Shown: piece after piece, positions 30,329 to 41,297 of the stretch
Position numbering within the stretch: the first letter of the stretch is position 1
How the letters are laid out: each line of letters begins with the position of its first letter
Translations under genes and position numbers: made by a program
Assembly: GCA_026390075.1 (NCBI GenBank)
Contig: JAPLGP010000005.1
Location: forward strand, 25,316 to 89,315
Length of the DNA stretch: 64,000 nt
Origin: Campylobacterales bacterium
GTDB lineage: Bacteria; Campylobacterota; Campylobacteria; Campylobacterales; Sulfurimonadaceae
Reading direction: 5' to 3'
The notes under the pieces: model-generated
The model's input: the letters and a program-made list of their open reading frames with translations, nothing else
What the model was told of the DNA's origin: nothing
Databases searched by the model: none

Positions 30329-32527
30329 ATGAATCTCCATGAACTTTACCAAAAACTTCAATCTTTAGAATCAGAAAAACAATCTATTGAACTTGAGCTA
30401 CTTCAAACCAAAAAACTCATAGAACAGCTCTCACCTTTTAGTAAAGAGCAAAAAATAGAACTTTTTAAATCACTCTTTATTGGAAGAAGTGATGTATTTG
30501 CAAAATATTGGATGAGTAAAGATGGTCTTAAAAAAGGCTATGCACCTGCAACTTATAGCTTCAAAGGGGATGATTATATTCCAGTCAGCAATGAAATAAT
30601 CCAACAGCACCTTGAAGGTAAAATGAGAATCGGTACCTATGCAATCTTGAATCAAACAATGGCAAAGTTCTTGGCAATTGATTTGGATAAAGCAAGTTTT
30701 ATAGAAGATGCAAGAGCTATAAAAACTATTTCAGAGCATTTAGGCTTAAAACCACTTTTTGAAATCTCAAAATCTGGAAATGGCATTCATATATGGTATT
30801 TTTTTGAAACGCCTATCAAAACAAAAGAGGCTAGAAAACTAGGCGACATTATTATCACAAAAGCTATGGATATAGGCAGTGATATTGATATGGGTAGTTA
30901 TGATAGAATGTTTCCAAATCAAGACTTTGTAGCCCCTGATGCTCTTGGCAATCTCATTGCTCTGCCACTGCATTTTACTTCAAGAAGTGAAAATAAAACA
31001 GTTTTTATAGATATTGACACTATGCAGTCTTTTACAAATCAGTGGGATGTTTTACAAACTGTGACAAAAATTTCAATCTATCAATTGGTCTCTATTCTAA
31101 GAGAAAATATTGCAAATACTTTCTTAGAAGAAACGCTTATGCCTTGGGAAATTAAACAAGAGAAAGCACTTGTTTTTCCAAAAACTACAAAAGCTGTTTT
31201 ACATGATGCACTCTATATCCAAAAGAGCTCTCTCTCAAAAGAAGTCTTAAATAAACTCAAAAGACTAGCCTCTTTCGCAAATCCAGAGTTTTTCATCTTG
31301 CAAAATCTTAGAAAATCAACTTTTAAAACACCAAGAGTTATCACATCTTTTGATGTAAATGAAAGATATATCATAGTGCCAAGAGGATTAAAAGACAAAG
31401 TCATCAAACTTTTTAAATCTCATGATTCAAATCTTTTGATAGAAGACACAAGAGTTTTTAAAAATATAGATAAACTCAATTTTACACTTCAGCTTCGAGA
31501 TGAACAACAAACTGCACTTAATAAAATTTTAAAACTTGACTACTCAGTGCTTATTGCACCTCCTGGATTTGGCAAAACTGCTGTCGCTTCAGCTGTAATC
31601 GCCGCGCGAGGTGTAAATACTTTGATATTAGTTCATAAAACAAATCTATTAGATCAGTGGGTAAAAAGAGTGTGTGAGTATTTTGGTGTGGATGCAAAGA
31701 GTATCGGAAAACTTGGTAATGGCAAGAAAAAACTCACATCAAATATAGATATAGCAACACTTCAATCACTAAAAAATAGAGCCGAAATGATTGAAGAGTA
31801 TTCACAAATAATAATTGATGAAGTGCATCATATTCCAGCCGTGTCATTTGAAATACCGCTAAAAAGATTTAAAGGTAAATATATTTTAGGTTTGAGTGCA
31901 ACACCACTCAGACAAGATGGCATGCATCCCATCATGTTTATGCAGTGCGGCGATGTGGCATATGAAGCAAAAAGAGATGTTAAGAAAATTCATACTTTAA
32001 AAACTATACCTTCATCCTTTGAAGCACTGAGCTATGATTTTGCAATGATACTCAACGAAATGGTTGAAGATTTTGATAGAAATAATCTCATCATTCAAGA
32101 GATAATGAAACTTCAAAATAGAAATGTTTTGGTGCTGAGTGAGAGAATTGAGCATCTTAATATTTTATACCACCTCTTAAATGCAAAAAAAATAAAATCT
32201 ATACTCTTGCATGGAGGCTTGCCATCGAAAATGAAAAAAGAATTACTAAAAGAAGCAAATACCTCTTCGGTGATACTTTCAACGAGTAGCTATATTGGCG
32301 AAGGCGTTGATTTTTCACATTTAGATGCAATTGTGTTTACAATGCCTGTCTCATTTTCTGGAAGAGTTATCCAATATTTAGGACGCATAGGCAGAAACAA
32401 TCAAGAGTGTATCGCAATAGATTTTTTTGATGAGAATACTCCAATGCTCAGGTCTAGTTATCACAAAAGACAAAAAGGCTATAAGCAGATGGGATATGCG
32501 GAGATTGATAGTAGAAGATTGTTTTAA
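30329..32527 (+). CDS. AEP primase-like (TOTE-type) domain fused to SF2 helicase
   Basis: FLAIDLD, SKSGNGIHIW, GNLIALPL; APPGFGKT, DEVHH, SAT, QYLGRIGR. Confidence 0.85.
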   Translation: MNLHELYQKLQSLESEKQSIELELLQTKKLIEQLSPFSKEQKIELFKSLFIGRSDVFAKYWMSKDGLKKGYAPATYSFKGDDYIPVSNEIIQQHLEGKMRIGTYAILNQTMAKFLAIDLDKASFIEDARAIKTISEHLGLKPLFEISKSGNGIHIWYFFETPIKTKEARKLGDIIITKAMDIGSDIDMGSYDRMFPNQDFVAPDALGNLIALPLHFTSRSENKTVFIDIDTMQSFTNQWDVLQTVTKISIYQLVSILRENIANTFLEETLMPWEIKQEKALVFPKTTKAVLHDALYIQKSSLSKEVLNKLKRLASFANPEFFILQNLRKSTFKTPRVITSFDVNERYIIVPRGLKDKVIKLFKSHDSNLLIEDTRVFKNIDKLNFTLQLRDEQQTALNKILKLDYSVLIAPPGFGKTAVASAVIAARGVNTLILVHKTNLLDQWVKRVCEYFGVDAKSIGKLGNGKKKLTSNIDIATLQSLKNRAEMIEEYSQIIIDEVHHIPAVSFEIPLKRFKGKYILGLSATPLRQDGMHPIMFMQCGDVAYEAKRDVKKIHTLKTIPSSFEALSYDFAMILNEMVEDFDRNNLIIQEIMKLQNRNVLVLSERIEHLNILYHLLNAKKIKSILLHGGLPSKMKKELLKEANTSSVILSTSSYIGEGVDFSHLDAIVFTMPVSFSGRVIQYLGRIGRNNQECIAIDFFDENTPMLRSSYHKRQKGYKQMGYAEIDSRRLF

Positions 32528-32617
32528 GATAAATTTGTTTTGCAATAGCATATTAACTTCAATTTATTGATGAATTATAAAAAATGCATCAAAAACAATT
32601 GTCGAGAAATGATCTTT

Positions 32618-32725
32618 ATTAGACTTCTTGCAAAACTCTCTTTTTAGATTGCTTCACTTCGTTCGCAATGACTGTCATTGCGAGGAGGAACGACGAAGCA
32701 ATCTTAGTTATGCAAGAACTCTATT
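32618..32725. repeat. ~108-bp palindromic repeat, copy 5
   Basis: Same inverted termini and halves; explains the spurious ORF 32628-32819. Confidence 0.9.
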
Positions 32726-32750
32726 ATTTAATACTTTAGAAATAGACTCT

Positions 32751-33059
32751 TTAGACATATATCGCTCTATCTATAATGAACTTTTTACCTGTTTTCCCCA
32801 TTCCTGTGCTATCAGCTAAATCTACAGGTAATCCAAGTGCTTTACTTATTTCTGCTTGTATCTCTTGAATGCGTTTAAATGAGCTAAAACCATATCTATT
32901 TGCAAACTCTGGGGTAGCTTCTACAAGAATATCAACATCACTATTTTGGGTCGCTTCATCACGAGAGTAGGAGCCAAAAAGTGCTTTAATTAAGAAACCC
33001 TCTTCTTGATAAACAGACTTAACATTTGTAAGATAATTTAATATTGATTGTTTGTCCAT
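32751..33059 (-). CDS. Minimal nucleotidyltransferase (MntA-type antitoxin)
   Basis: LFGSYSR..SDVDILVE, PVDLA. Confidence 0.88.
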   Translation of the reverse strand: MDKQSILNYLTNVKSVYQEEGFLIKALFGSYSRDEATQNSDVDILVEATPEFANRYGFSSFKRIQEIQAEISKALGLPVDLADSTGMGKTGKKFIIDRAIYV

Positions 33060-33259
33060 GGTAAGATTATAGCATTTTTAAGAAGTTTTTTTATAGTGGT
33101 TGCGCTTGTCTATAAATATGCAAGCATGCCAATCTTGACTAGCTAACGCATCAACACTTGATGTTAAATGAATGCCAAAAGAAATCAATACACAAATGCT
33201 CTCTTGTTTTAAAATGCGGAAATGCTGTTTTCTAAAGAGGATAACGGCCTAGAGGCTGC

Positions 33260-34045
33260 TTAAAATTCATAGACGACTCCTGCCCCGTAAAAAATTTGTA
33301 GAGGTTGTTGCATATCTAAAAAAGTATCTACCTCTTCATAAATAAATAAAATGAAATCAGCGCTGATTTGGTAGTTTATTTGGAAAAGTCTATCCCATTC
33401 ACTTCCCTGATAATACTTGTGATCGTCAGTATATACGATGTGTTCGGTTGAAAAAGAAAATTTACCAGGAAGATCATAATCAAGATGAAAACCATAAATC
33501 ATGTTGGCTTTACCTGTTCCATCAGGGCGTGATCCATACTGATTGTTGAGAATAACTTTTTCAATATCTAGAAGCCAATTAAGCTGACTACCTAACACAG
33601 CCGTACTGTAATTGTATCTACCTCCAACACCAGTATAAGAGCGTGTAATGGTATGATTAGTAGGAGCGTTATGCTCATATTCGACATACAAATCTATCGC
33701 TTCATTACGATATCCAATCGTGAAATCTTTATCTATCTCACTTAATGTTGTTAATGAATTCTGCGCATCTTTATCGGTTAAACAAGCAATATCGCCTTCA
33801 ATAAATAAATTTTTTCTTTCAAATTCGATGTCCATTTCGTAACGATTGTAAGCCGTACCACTGAAATCTGGTCGCGCATTCAAACTATCGGGATTATTAA
33901 AAAAATTGGTAACACTTCCGTCAATGCTAAAAGTTTCAAAAGTATCATTATCATCAAATTCTGGAATATGAATAGTATGTTTGATTTTTGCAAATAACAG
34001 GGTTGGAGAAATTACTAATAGAATTATTATCAGAATTTTTTGCAT
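33260..34045 (-). CDS. Hypothetical exported, beta-barrel-like protein
   Basis: Signal peptide, aromatic-rich strands, terminal YEF. Confidence 0.65.
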   Translation of the reverse strand: MQKILIIILLVISPTLLFAKIKHTIHIPEFDDNDTFETFSIDGSVTNFFNNPDSLNARPDFSGTAYNRYEMDIEFERKNLFIEGDIACLTDKDAQNSLTTLSEIDKDFTIGYRNEAIDLYVEYEHNAPTNHTITRSYTGVGGRYNYSTAVLGSQLNWLLDIEKVILNNQYGSRPDGTGKANMIYGFHLDYDLPGKFSFSTEHIVYTDDHKYYQGSEWDRLFQINYQISADFILFIYEEVDTFLDMQQPLQIFYGAGVVYEF

Positions 34046-34332
34046 GATACTGCTATTTTTGATTGAGTTATTGAAAATATTGGCAAAAGACTATCCTGAG
34101 CTAAAATGGTTTAAATATGGTAAATTATAGCGGATATAATCAAAAAGATTTCCCAGATCCGATGGTCGATTGGAGTTAAGTTCAGGAAACCATTTGGTTA
34201 ATAAAGATAAATTTGTTACAAATTGTAATCATAAGTATTGTACAAATGAAGATTTTCAATGTTGTTTAACTTAGAACATTTATTTTAATAATACATTAGT
34301 ACTATTTATAAATAAAAATTTAAGGATAAAAA

Positions 34333-34875
34333 ATGGCAATAGAACTAAAACAAATAGTAGAATGGTTAGAAGAACAAGAACTAAAATTTCAGCATATCCA
34401 AGAAAAGAGTGTAATTATTCTTATGTCTGGTAATGAAAAAGAGACACAAACTCATTTTATTCGTGCTAAAGATGATGGAGTTATTTTTGAGTGGACAATG
34501 CAATTGTTAGATGAAAACAATGATAATATAAAAATTAAAGATCACAAATATAGTATGCAAGTTCTTTCCCATATTCTTTATATAAACTACCAAACAAAAT
34601 TCGGCACATGGGAATTTGACCCAAGTGATGGAGATATTCGTTTAGCAGTAGAAATCCCACTCGAAGATGCTCTTATGACAAAAAAACAGTTCAACCGAGT
34701 ATCTGAGTATATGTTGGGTTATGGATCTTCATCTGCAAGCGAAATTAGACAGATACTAAAAACAGGCGAAGTTCCAAAAGATCCTAGTAATGCAGCTATG
34801 GTGGCTCAACTAGAAGCTATGCTAGCACAATTAAAAGGCAGTTCATCGAGTGCCTCAAGCAGTGATGGCATCTAA
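34333..34875 (+). CDS. YbjN-domain (T3SS-chaperone fold) protein
   Basis: INYQTKFGTWEFDPSDGDIRLAVEIP. Confidence 0.75.
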   Translation: MAIELKQIVEWLEEQELKFQHIQEKSVIILMSGNEKETQTHFIRAKDDGVIFEWTMQLLDENNDNIKIKDHKYSMQVLSHILYINYQTKFGTWEFDPSDGDIRLAVEIPLEDALMTKKQFNRVSEYMLGYGSSSASEIRQILKTGEVPKDPSNAAMVAQLEAMLAQLKGSSSSASSSDGI

Positions 34876-34929
34876 GAGATTTTTCTCTTAGACCATTAGT
34901 CATTTGAAATATTGTTATAAGGATTACTA

Positions 34930-37674
34930 TTGAGAACACTATTTTTAACGGCTAAAAAATTTGCTATTGATGCTAATGCATCTATTATTACGATTGAGTA
35001 TTTTAAAGAAGCACTTTCAACTTTAGAACTGATTGATTCAGATGCTAAAAAACTTGTATATGAATATCTCAATGTTAAGCCAAACTTGACAAGCAAAGTT
35101 TCAAATGAAAACATCGATGCAGCACAAAAATATAATGTTGTACCATTTGATGATGAAGTAAAAAAGTTTAAAGAGTATTTGGAATCACATGGCTTTGCTA
35201 TGACTTCTATAGTCTCTAAAATTTTTATCGAAAAAACAAATAACATGAAAACTGTTAAAGATAATATCGCTAAACTCCAAGAATCTCTCAAGTCACAAGT
35301 GCATGGACAAGAACAAGCGATAGAAGCAGTGTGTGATAAAATCGTTGAATCAAGCTATAACATAGCAACAGATACACCAAAAGCTATTTACTTTTTTCTC
35401 GGACCTCCTGCTACTGGAAAAACTATGCTCTCAAAGCTGATAGTTGATTATTTAGATGGATATGATGCTTTTAAGATTTTTGACATGACTCAGTATAGTA
35501 GTTCTAAAGATGGTTTTGGGCTATTTGGATTAGCAAAAGGGTACAGCGATGCAGGCGAAGGTAAACTCACAAAGTTTGTAAAAGAAAATCCTAAATCAGT
35601 TGTGGTTTTTGATGAGATAGAAAAAACGCATCCTGATGTACTTTCGAACTTTTTGATGATGCTCTCATCCGGCAAGGCAGAAGATGGTTTTAGCGGTGAA
35701 AGTATAGATTTTAAAAATACCATCGTTGTTTTTACATCAAACTTAGGCTCAGAACTTTACAACAACAGCGACTTTGTTCAACTCATGAAAGAAAATCCTC
35801 TTGAAGCCAATAGCACCATCATAGAAGCCATAGGCAGAGAAGAGCGAATCATAGATGGCAATCCAAGAAAAGCATTAAGCCCAGAGCTACTCTCAAGACT
35901 TTCACAAGGTCAAATTGTTCTTTTTAATAAGTTGCCTTTTGATGCTCTTATCAATATTGTAAAAACTAAGGTTTTAGAGGTTCAGGCTGGCTTCGAGTCA
36001 AATTGGGGAATAGATATTGAGTACGATACTTTCGATAGTATTATTGCTTTGTTACTACTTTCATTTGCACCTCAAATAGATGTGCGCAAGTTAAAATCTA
36101 AATTGCCTTTAGTGCTGTTTGATTTAGTAACGGATTTTATAAGAAAGAATGATGCTCTCGTCAGTAAGGTTAGTTTTAAAATAGAGAAACACTCCGATGA
36201 GCTTATACACTCTGAGCTTTTAGATCTAAACAGCGAGGCTCAAATAAAGTTTTTACACAACATATTTAGAAAAAATGAAACATTTAAATATAAACTCTCA
36301 GAGGATTTTGATTCTGGAGTGCTCACATATACATTTAGTGATGTTATGCGTAAAAAACTCTCAAGGTCGGTAGATTTTAGCGGCGAAGAAGGTTTAGTAT
36401 TTACCGTTCCATCTATCAGTTTTAATGATGTTGCCGGACACAGTGTTGCCAAAAAAAGACTAGGTGAAGTTATCAACATACTAAAAGAGCCTAAAAAACT
36501 AGATAAGTTTAAGGTGGGTGCACCAAAAGGGATGCTTCTTTATGGTGTTCCAGGAACGGGTAAAACGATGCTCGCCAAGGCATTTGCAAATGAAGCAGAC
36601 TTGCCTTTTATACAAACAACAGGCACTGAAATACTCGATATAGAACTGATGAAAAAAATCTTCAAAAAAGCTAGAGAGTATGCACCGGCTATAGTTTTTA
36701 TTGATGAGATAGATGCCATTGGTGCGCGTGATGGCTCTCGAATGGATATTATCATCAACCAGTTTCTTACCGAGCTTAATGGTTTTTCAGATAATGCGGA
36801 TGAGATGGTATTTGTCATAGCTGCAACAAATCTAAAAGAAAAAATAGACACAGCCATACTTCGCTCAGGCAGAATAGACCTGCATGTGGAAATAGATTCA
36901 CTCGACCGTGAAGCTAGAGAGTTTTTCATAGACAAGATTTTGAAAAAACCAACCTCCGGTGCATTTGATAAAGAAAAAATCTTAACATACACAGCCGGCA
37001 TGACGGGTGCAGACTTGGAAAAAGTGGCAAGAGAGAGTGCCCTTTATGTTTTTAGAAACTCTTTGGAGAGCATCACTCAAGAGATTTTGATAGAGCAGAT
37101 AAACACCATAAAATATGGCTCAAGAATCACGCACAAATCTATAGAAAAGCTAATGAAATCAACAGCTATACATGAAGCAGGACATGCTGTAATCTCAAGA
37201 GTCTTGATGCCAGAAGTGAAAATAGAACAGATAACCGTAGTTCCAAGAAACAATGCACTAGGGTTTGTCTCTTATGATCAAGATGCAGATTTGAGTAACC
37301 TAACTAGAAAAGATATAAAAAATAAACTCTGTGTCGCTTTTGCAGGACGAGAAGCACAGCTCAAAGAGTATGGGGAAGAAGGCTTCGACAGCGGAGCTTC
37401 AAGTGACTTAAACATGGCAACAAAGTATGCTCACTACGCCATCGCAACACTTGGCATGGGCGAAAGTACAGGTTATATAAATGTATCAAACTTTAAAGAA
37501 GATTCACTTTTTGACAAAGAGATAGAAACAGAACTAAAAGCGTGGTTAGATGAAGCACAGACTCAGACTAAAGAATTGGTTGAAAAACACTGGAACAAAA
37601 TCTCAGCACTTGCAAAACTGCTTGAAGAAAAAGAGATTGTGAATGAAGCAGAGCTTCTAACTTTGATGACATAA
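34930..37674 (+). CDS. Soluble hybrid: Clp-N-like domain, ClpB-D2 AAA, FtsH AAA, M41 metalloprotease
   Basis: GPPATGKT with DEIEKTHPDV; GVPGTGKT, FIDEIDAIG, RSGRID; HEAGH; no TM segment. Confidence 0.88.
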   Translation: MRTLFLTAKKFAIDANASIITIEYFKEALSTLELIDSDAKKLVYEYLNVKPNLTSKVSNENIDAAQKYNVVPFDDEVKKFKEYLESHGFAMTSIVSKIFIEKTNNMKTVKDNIAKLQESLKSQVHGQEQAIEAVCDKIVESSYNIATDTPKAIYFFLGPPATGKTMLSKLIVDYLDGYDAFKIFDMTQYSSSKDGFGLFGLAKGYSDAGEGKLTKFVKENPKSVVVFDEIEKTHPDVLSNFLMMLSSGKAEDGFSGESIDFKNTIVVFTSNLGSELYNNSDFVQLMKENPLEANSTIIEAIGREERIIDGNPRKALSPELLSRLSQGQIVLFNKLPFDALINIVKTKVLEVQAGFESNWGIDIEYDTFDSIIALLLLSFAPQIDVRKLKSKLPLVLFDLVTDFIRKNDALVSKVSFKIEKHSDELIHSELLDLNSEAQIKFLHNIFRKNETFKYKLSEDFDSGVLTYTFSDVMRKKLSRSVDFSGEEGLVFTVPSISFNDVAGHSVAKKRLGEVINILKEPKKLDKFKVGAPKGMLLYGVPGTGKTMLAKAFANEADLPFIQTTGTEILDIELMKKIFKKAREYAPAIVFIDEIDAIGARDGSRMDIIINQFLTELNGFSDNADEMVFVIAATNLKEKIDTAILRSGRIDLHVEIDSLDREAREFFIDKILKKPTSGAFDKEKILTYTAGMTGADLEKVARESALYVFRNSLESITQEILIEQINTIKYGSRITHKSIEKLMKSTAIHEAGHAVISRVLMPEVKIEQITVVPRNNALGFVSYDQDADLSNLTRKDIKNKLCVAFAGREAQLKEYGEEGFDSGASSDLNMATKYAHYAIATLGMGESTGYINVSNFKEDSLFDKEIETELKAWLDEAQTQTKELVEKHWNKISALAKLLEEKEIVNEAELLTLMT

Positions 37675-37720
37675 CCTGTCACACATATACGAAATAATAA
37701 AAACAAAAAAAAGGAACTCC
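37665..37720 (+). repeat. ~55-bp leader repeat with TGACA-N5-TGTCA palindrome and RBS, copy 1
   Basis: GATGACATAACCTGTCACACA...AAAAGGAACTCC; second copy at 41241. Confidence 0.85.
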
Positions 37721-37728
37721 TGAATAAC

Positions 37729-40700
37729 ATGAAAACACTCAGACTCTTCATAAGCTCAACATTCGATGATTTTAAGGATGAGAGAGATGCTATCCAAGCA
37801 GAGCTTATCCCTCATTTAACTAATCTATGTAAAAAATATAGTGTAGGTTTCATGCCAATAGACCTTCGCTGGGGCGTAGCAGCAGAAACACAACATGACC
37901 AAAAAACCATGGAGTTGTGTCTTAATGAGGTAAAAGCATGTAAAGGTGAACCAAATCCAGATTTTTTAATCTTAACAGGTGATAGATATGGGTGGATACC
38001 ACTGCCTTATATGATAGAAAAAGATGAGTTTGAGACACTTTATAGTTTTATCAAAGTTGCTGATAAAGAACTCATAAATAAATGGTATATGCTCGATGAG
38101 AACCAACTTCCAGCTTCATATATCTTGCAAAAAAGAGAAAACGAGTTTACTGACTATGACACATGGATGACAATTGAAAACAAACTAAGAACAATTCTGC
38201 AAGAGAGTATCACTCAAACCGACTACTCACAAGAGATAAAAGATAAATACTTCACATCAGCAACAGAATTTGAATATCTTGATTACATAAAAGATTTCAT
38301 AGGTGAAAAAAATGAAGCTCTCTTTGTTGTAGATAGAAAAATAAATAATAATGGCATCATTTCAGATAAATATTTTGATAACAACCAAAGACTTAAAAAA
38401 TTTAAAAAAGCTCTTCAGGATAAGGCACCAGATGAACACTATATCATCTCACATACGACACTTAAACCTAAAACATATCCTAAAGAGAAGGATGTAATTG
38501 AGACCTTACATGTGAACTCACTCATAGAACAGCTCAAAGAAAAACTCTCAGCCTCTATAGAAAAAGAACTTATTAGAGTAAGCGCTTATGACACAGCAAT
38601 CAGTGAACAAGAGATACACAGACTACATAAAAATTCCATCGCAAAAAACATCTTAGGTCGAGATGAAGAGATAAACGAGATTCAAGAGTATATAAATACA
38701 GATACATCCTCCAATCCATACATTATTTATGGAACTTCAGGTTTAGGAGAATCATCTGTCATGGCATGTGGAATTCTGCAAAGCGAAGAAGCACCCAACA
38801 AACAAGTGATATGTCGCTTCTGTGGCATAACCAAAGAATCATCAAGTACACGCTCGCTTTTGAAATCAATTTTCAAGGAGCTCGACATAGAACTTCCTGA
38901 AGAACAAGCAGAGCAAACAACAATGATGCAGGAGATGACAGCTAAAAAAGAGGACACCTTTGAACTAGATGTACAAGACGCATTTGTAAACATTAAGGAA
39001 GATGTCGTCATCTATATAGATGCATTAGACCAGCTCGGAGATAAAAGTAAATTAGAATGGCTCCCTTTTACCCTACCAAAAAATCTTAAAATAGTTCTCT
39101 CAGTACTCAAAGATGAAAACTATCAAGAAGACATCTATTATCATGATAAACTCGAAGAACTTGGATTTAACAACATGCACCCACTTTCAGTTCTCAGTAG
39201 TAGTGATATAGCAAAAAAAATTCTCTTAAACACCTTAAAACCTTACAATAGAACGCTTCAAAATAATCAAATAGAGTATATTATGAATCTATATAAAGAG
39301 ATAAACTCACCGCTTTATCTCAACATCATAGCCCAAGAAGCTCTACACTGGAGTAGTAATAAAAAAGATTTTGAACTAGCAAACACACAACAAGATGCTA
39401 TACATGAGTTTATAAAAAATCTAACAGAACTCTATCACCATAACAAACTGCTCATACAAAGAGTATTTGGTTATCTATTTGCTTCTCAAAACTCTTTAGA
39501 TGAAGCAATACTTTATGAGATACTCTCAAATGATGAAGAGCTTGTCAAAAACACTGAAAATGAATACCACACAAATGTCACAAAAAAACTTCCTATGTCC
39601 GTATGGGCAAGACTCAGCTATCAGATAGCACCGTTTTTAAAAGAGGATGAAAACGCGAAGATCAAGTTCTTTCACAGAGAATTTGGCGAGGGGGCAAAAG
39701 CACTTTACAGTGTAGAACTCTCACAAAAACTTCTAAATATCTTGCAAAATATGCTCGATGCAACGACACTAAATGATGAAAAAGAATCACTTACGGATAT
39801 TTATATCAAAACTCTTATGCATCAAAAATATCTTTATCCTGAGAGTTCTATTGAGGAACAGGTTCAATATTTAAGTACAAAAGTAAAAAGTGATGAAGTA
39901 TGGGTGAGAAATTTTATTACAAAAATTTTGCAATTAGGGGAAAAGTTTTATCAGCAAACTGAAGATAAATGGGCGAAAGCTTATAATCAATGCAATATGG
40001 ATATAGCTCAAGAACTTTATGACATAGATAAAAAATTATGGCAAGAGGTTTATATTAAAGCATTAAGAAATCTTGCACTTTCATTTTTAATAGAATATGA
40101 AGAAGAGGATGGATTTTTTTTATTGAATAAATTACAATTAATTCTTCAAGATCTCTATGTACAAGACGAAAAAATATGGCTAACTTATGCAGATGCTTTA
40201 ACTTTAAATGCTGGTGCATATAGTAAGAGTGACAATCGTTTCAAAGATGCAATTCAGTTTCAAGAAAAATCTTACAGCATTCTCAAACTTCATAAAGAAA
40301 GTTCTGAAAAATGGGCAGAATCTTATACAAGAGCTTTAAGTAGACTTGCAACGTTATATGCAACTGAAGGAAATTTTCAAAATGCAATACCATTGCAGCA
40401 AGAGGCATTAGGAATCCTAGAAAATCTATATGATACTAATAAAAAAAGATGGGCAGAGGACTATACAAGTACTTTAAAAAATCTTGGAGTATCTTATACT
40501 TTTATATCACAATTCAAAGATGCAATACAGTTATTAGAGTCATCTAAAGAAATACTAAAAAACTTATTTCAAGAAAATCGAATAAGATGGGCAGATGGTT
40601 ATACTACTTCATTAAACAACCTTGCATTGATATATAAGCAAACTGGAGCAACCTCTGAAGCGATGAAACTAGAAGAAGAATCATGGGAGATACTAGAAAA

Positions 40701-41229
40701 ATTATATAATAAGAATCCAAAACGATGGGTTGAGTCCTACTTATTAGCTTCCAACAGTCTTGCTATTTCATATTATAAAGCAAATTTTTTGGATAAAGGG
40801 GTAGAGCTACTTGGAAAATCATATTTGGTAGCAATCAAATTTTTGACTAAAAATCACCAATTGACGCAAAAAATCAAAGAGAATTATGATGAATCGCTGC
40901 GTAAAAGTAAAATTGATAATTTTGATCAAGATTTAACAACAATTTTATCTCTATCAAAAGCAATAGCAATGATGAATCATAGTTTTACAATAGATTTATC
41001 TCATTTATTAGAATCATTGGATTATGTGCAATTAAGCGGAAAAGCGTACATGGCTTTTATGGAAATTTTTGATTTTAACCCTCAACAGATTGAAAAAAGA
41101 GAAGATGTAAAAATATTGTTAGAAATGGCAAAAAATCATCCAAAAATCCCATATACTCAAGACTTTAAATCTCTTATAGAACAACTCAAAGAGTTATTCG
41201 TGGATGAGAAGATTTGTAGATTGAGATGA
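37729..41229 (+). CDS. DUF4062 + STAND/NACHT-like NTPase (Walker A K-to-E) + TPR + Clp-N-like C-terminus
   Basis: RLFISSTF.DF, IDLRWGV, GTSGLGES, IYIDALDQ, FFHREF, about 6 degenerate repeats. Confidence 0.82.
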   Translation: MKTLRLFISSTFDDFKDERDAIQAELIPHLTNLCKKYSVGFMPIDLRWGVAAETQHDQKTMELCLNEVKACKGEPNPDFLILTGDRYGWIPLPYMIEKDEFETLYSFIKVADKELINKWYMLDENQLPASYILQKRENEFTDYDTWMTIENKLRTILQESITQTDYSQEIKDKYFTSATEFEYLDYIKDFIGEKNEALFVVDRKINNNGIISDKYFDNNQRLKKFKKALQDKAPDEHYIISHTTLKPKTYPKEKDVIETLHVNSLIEQLKEKLSASIEKELIRVSAYDTAISEQEIHRLHKNSIAKNILGRDEEINEIQEYINTDTSSNPYIIYGTSGLGESSVMACGILQSEEAPNKQVICRFCGITKESSSTRSLLKSIFKELDIELPEEQAEQTTMMQEMTAKKEDTFELDVQDAFVNIKEDVVIYIDALDQLGDKSKLEWLPFTLPKNLKIVLSVLKDENYQEDIYYHDKLEELGFNNMHPLSVLSSSDIAKKILLNTLKPYNRTLQNNQIEYIMNLYKEINSPLYLNIIAQEALHWSSNKKDFELANTQQDAIHEFIKNLTELYHHNKLLIQRVFGYLFASQNSLDEAILYEILSNDEELVKNTENEYHTNVTKKLPMSVWARLSYQIAPFLKEDENAKIKFFHREFGEGAKALYSVELSQKLLNILQNMLDATTLNDEKESLTDIYIKTLMHQKYLYPESSIEEQVQYLSTKVKSDEVWVRNFITKILQLGEKFYQQTEDKWAKAYNQCNMDIAQELYDIDKKLWQEVYIKALRNLALSFLIEYEEEDGFFLLNKLQLILQDLYVQDEKIWLTYADALTLNAGAYSKSDNRFKDAIQFQEKSYSILKLHKESSEKWAESYTRALSRLATLYATEGNFQNAIPLQQEALGILENLYDTNKKRWAEDYTSTLKNLGVSYTFISQFKDAIQLLESSKEILKNLFQENRIRWADGYTTSLNNLALIYKQTGATSEAMKLEEESWEILEKLYNKNPKRWVESYLLASNSLAISYYKANFLDKGVELLGKSYLVAIKFLTKNHQLTQKIKENYDESLRKSKIDNFDQDLTTILSLSKAIAMMNHSFTIDLSHLLESLDYVQLSGKAYMAFMEIFDFNPQQIEKREDVKILLEMAKNHPKIPYTQDFKSLIEQLKELFVDEKICRLR

Positions 41230-41240
41230 TTAGTTTAAAA

Positions 41241-41294
41241 GATGACATAACCTGTCACACACATGCGAAACAATAAAAACAAAAAAGGAACTCC
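41241..41294 (+). repeat. ~55-bp leader repeat, copy 2
   Basis: Near-identical to 37665-37720. Confidence 0.85.
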
Positions 41295-41297
41295 CAA

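Noticed and set aside
32628-32819. Short ORFs over the palindromic repeat (also 10683-10874, 14139-14324)
   Set aside because: They start in or run through the repeat and lack independent coding evidence
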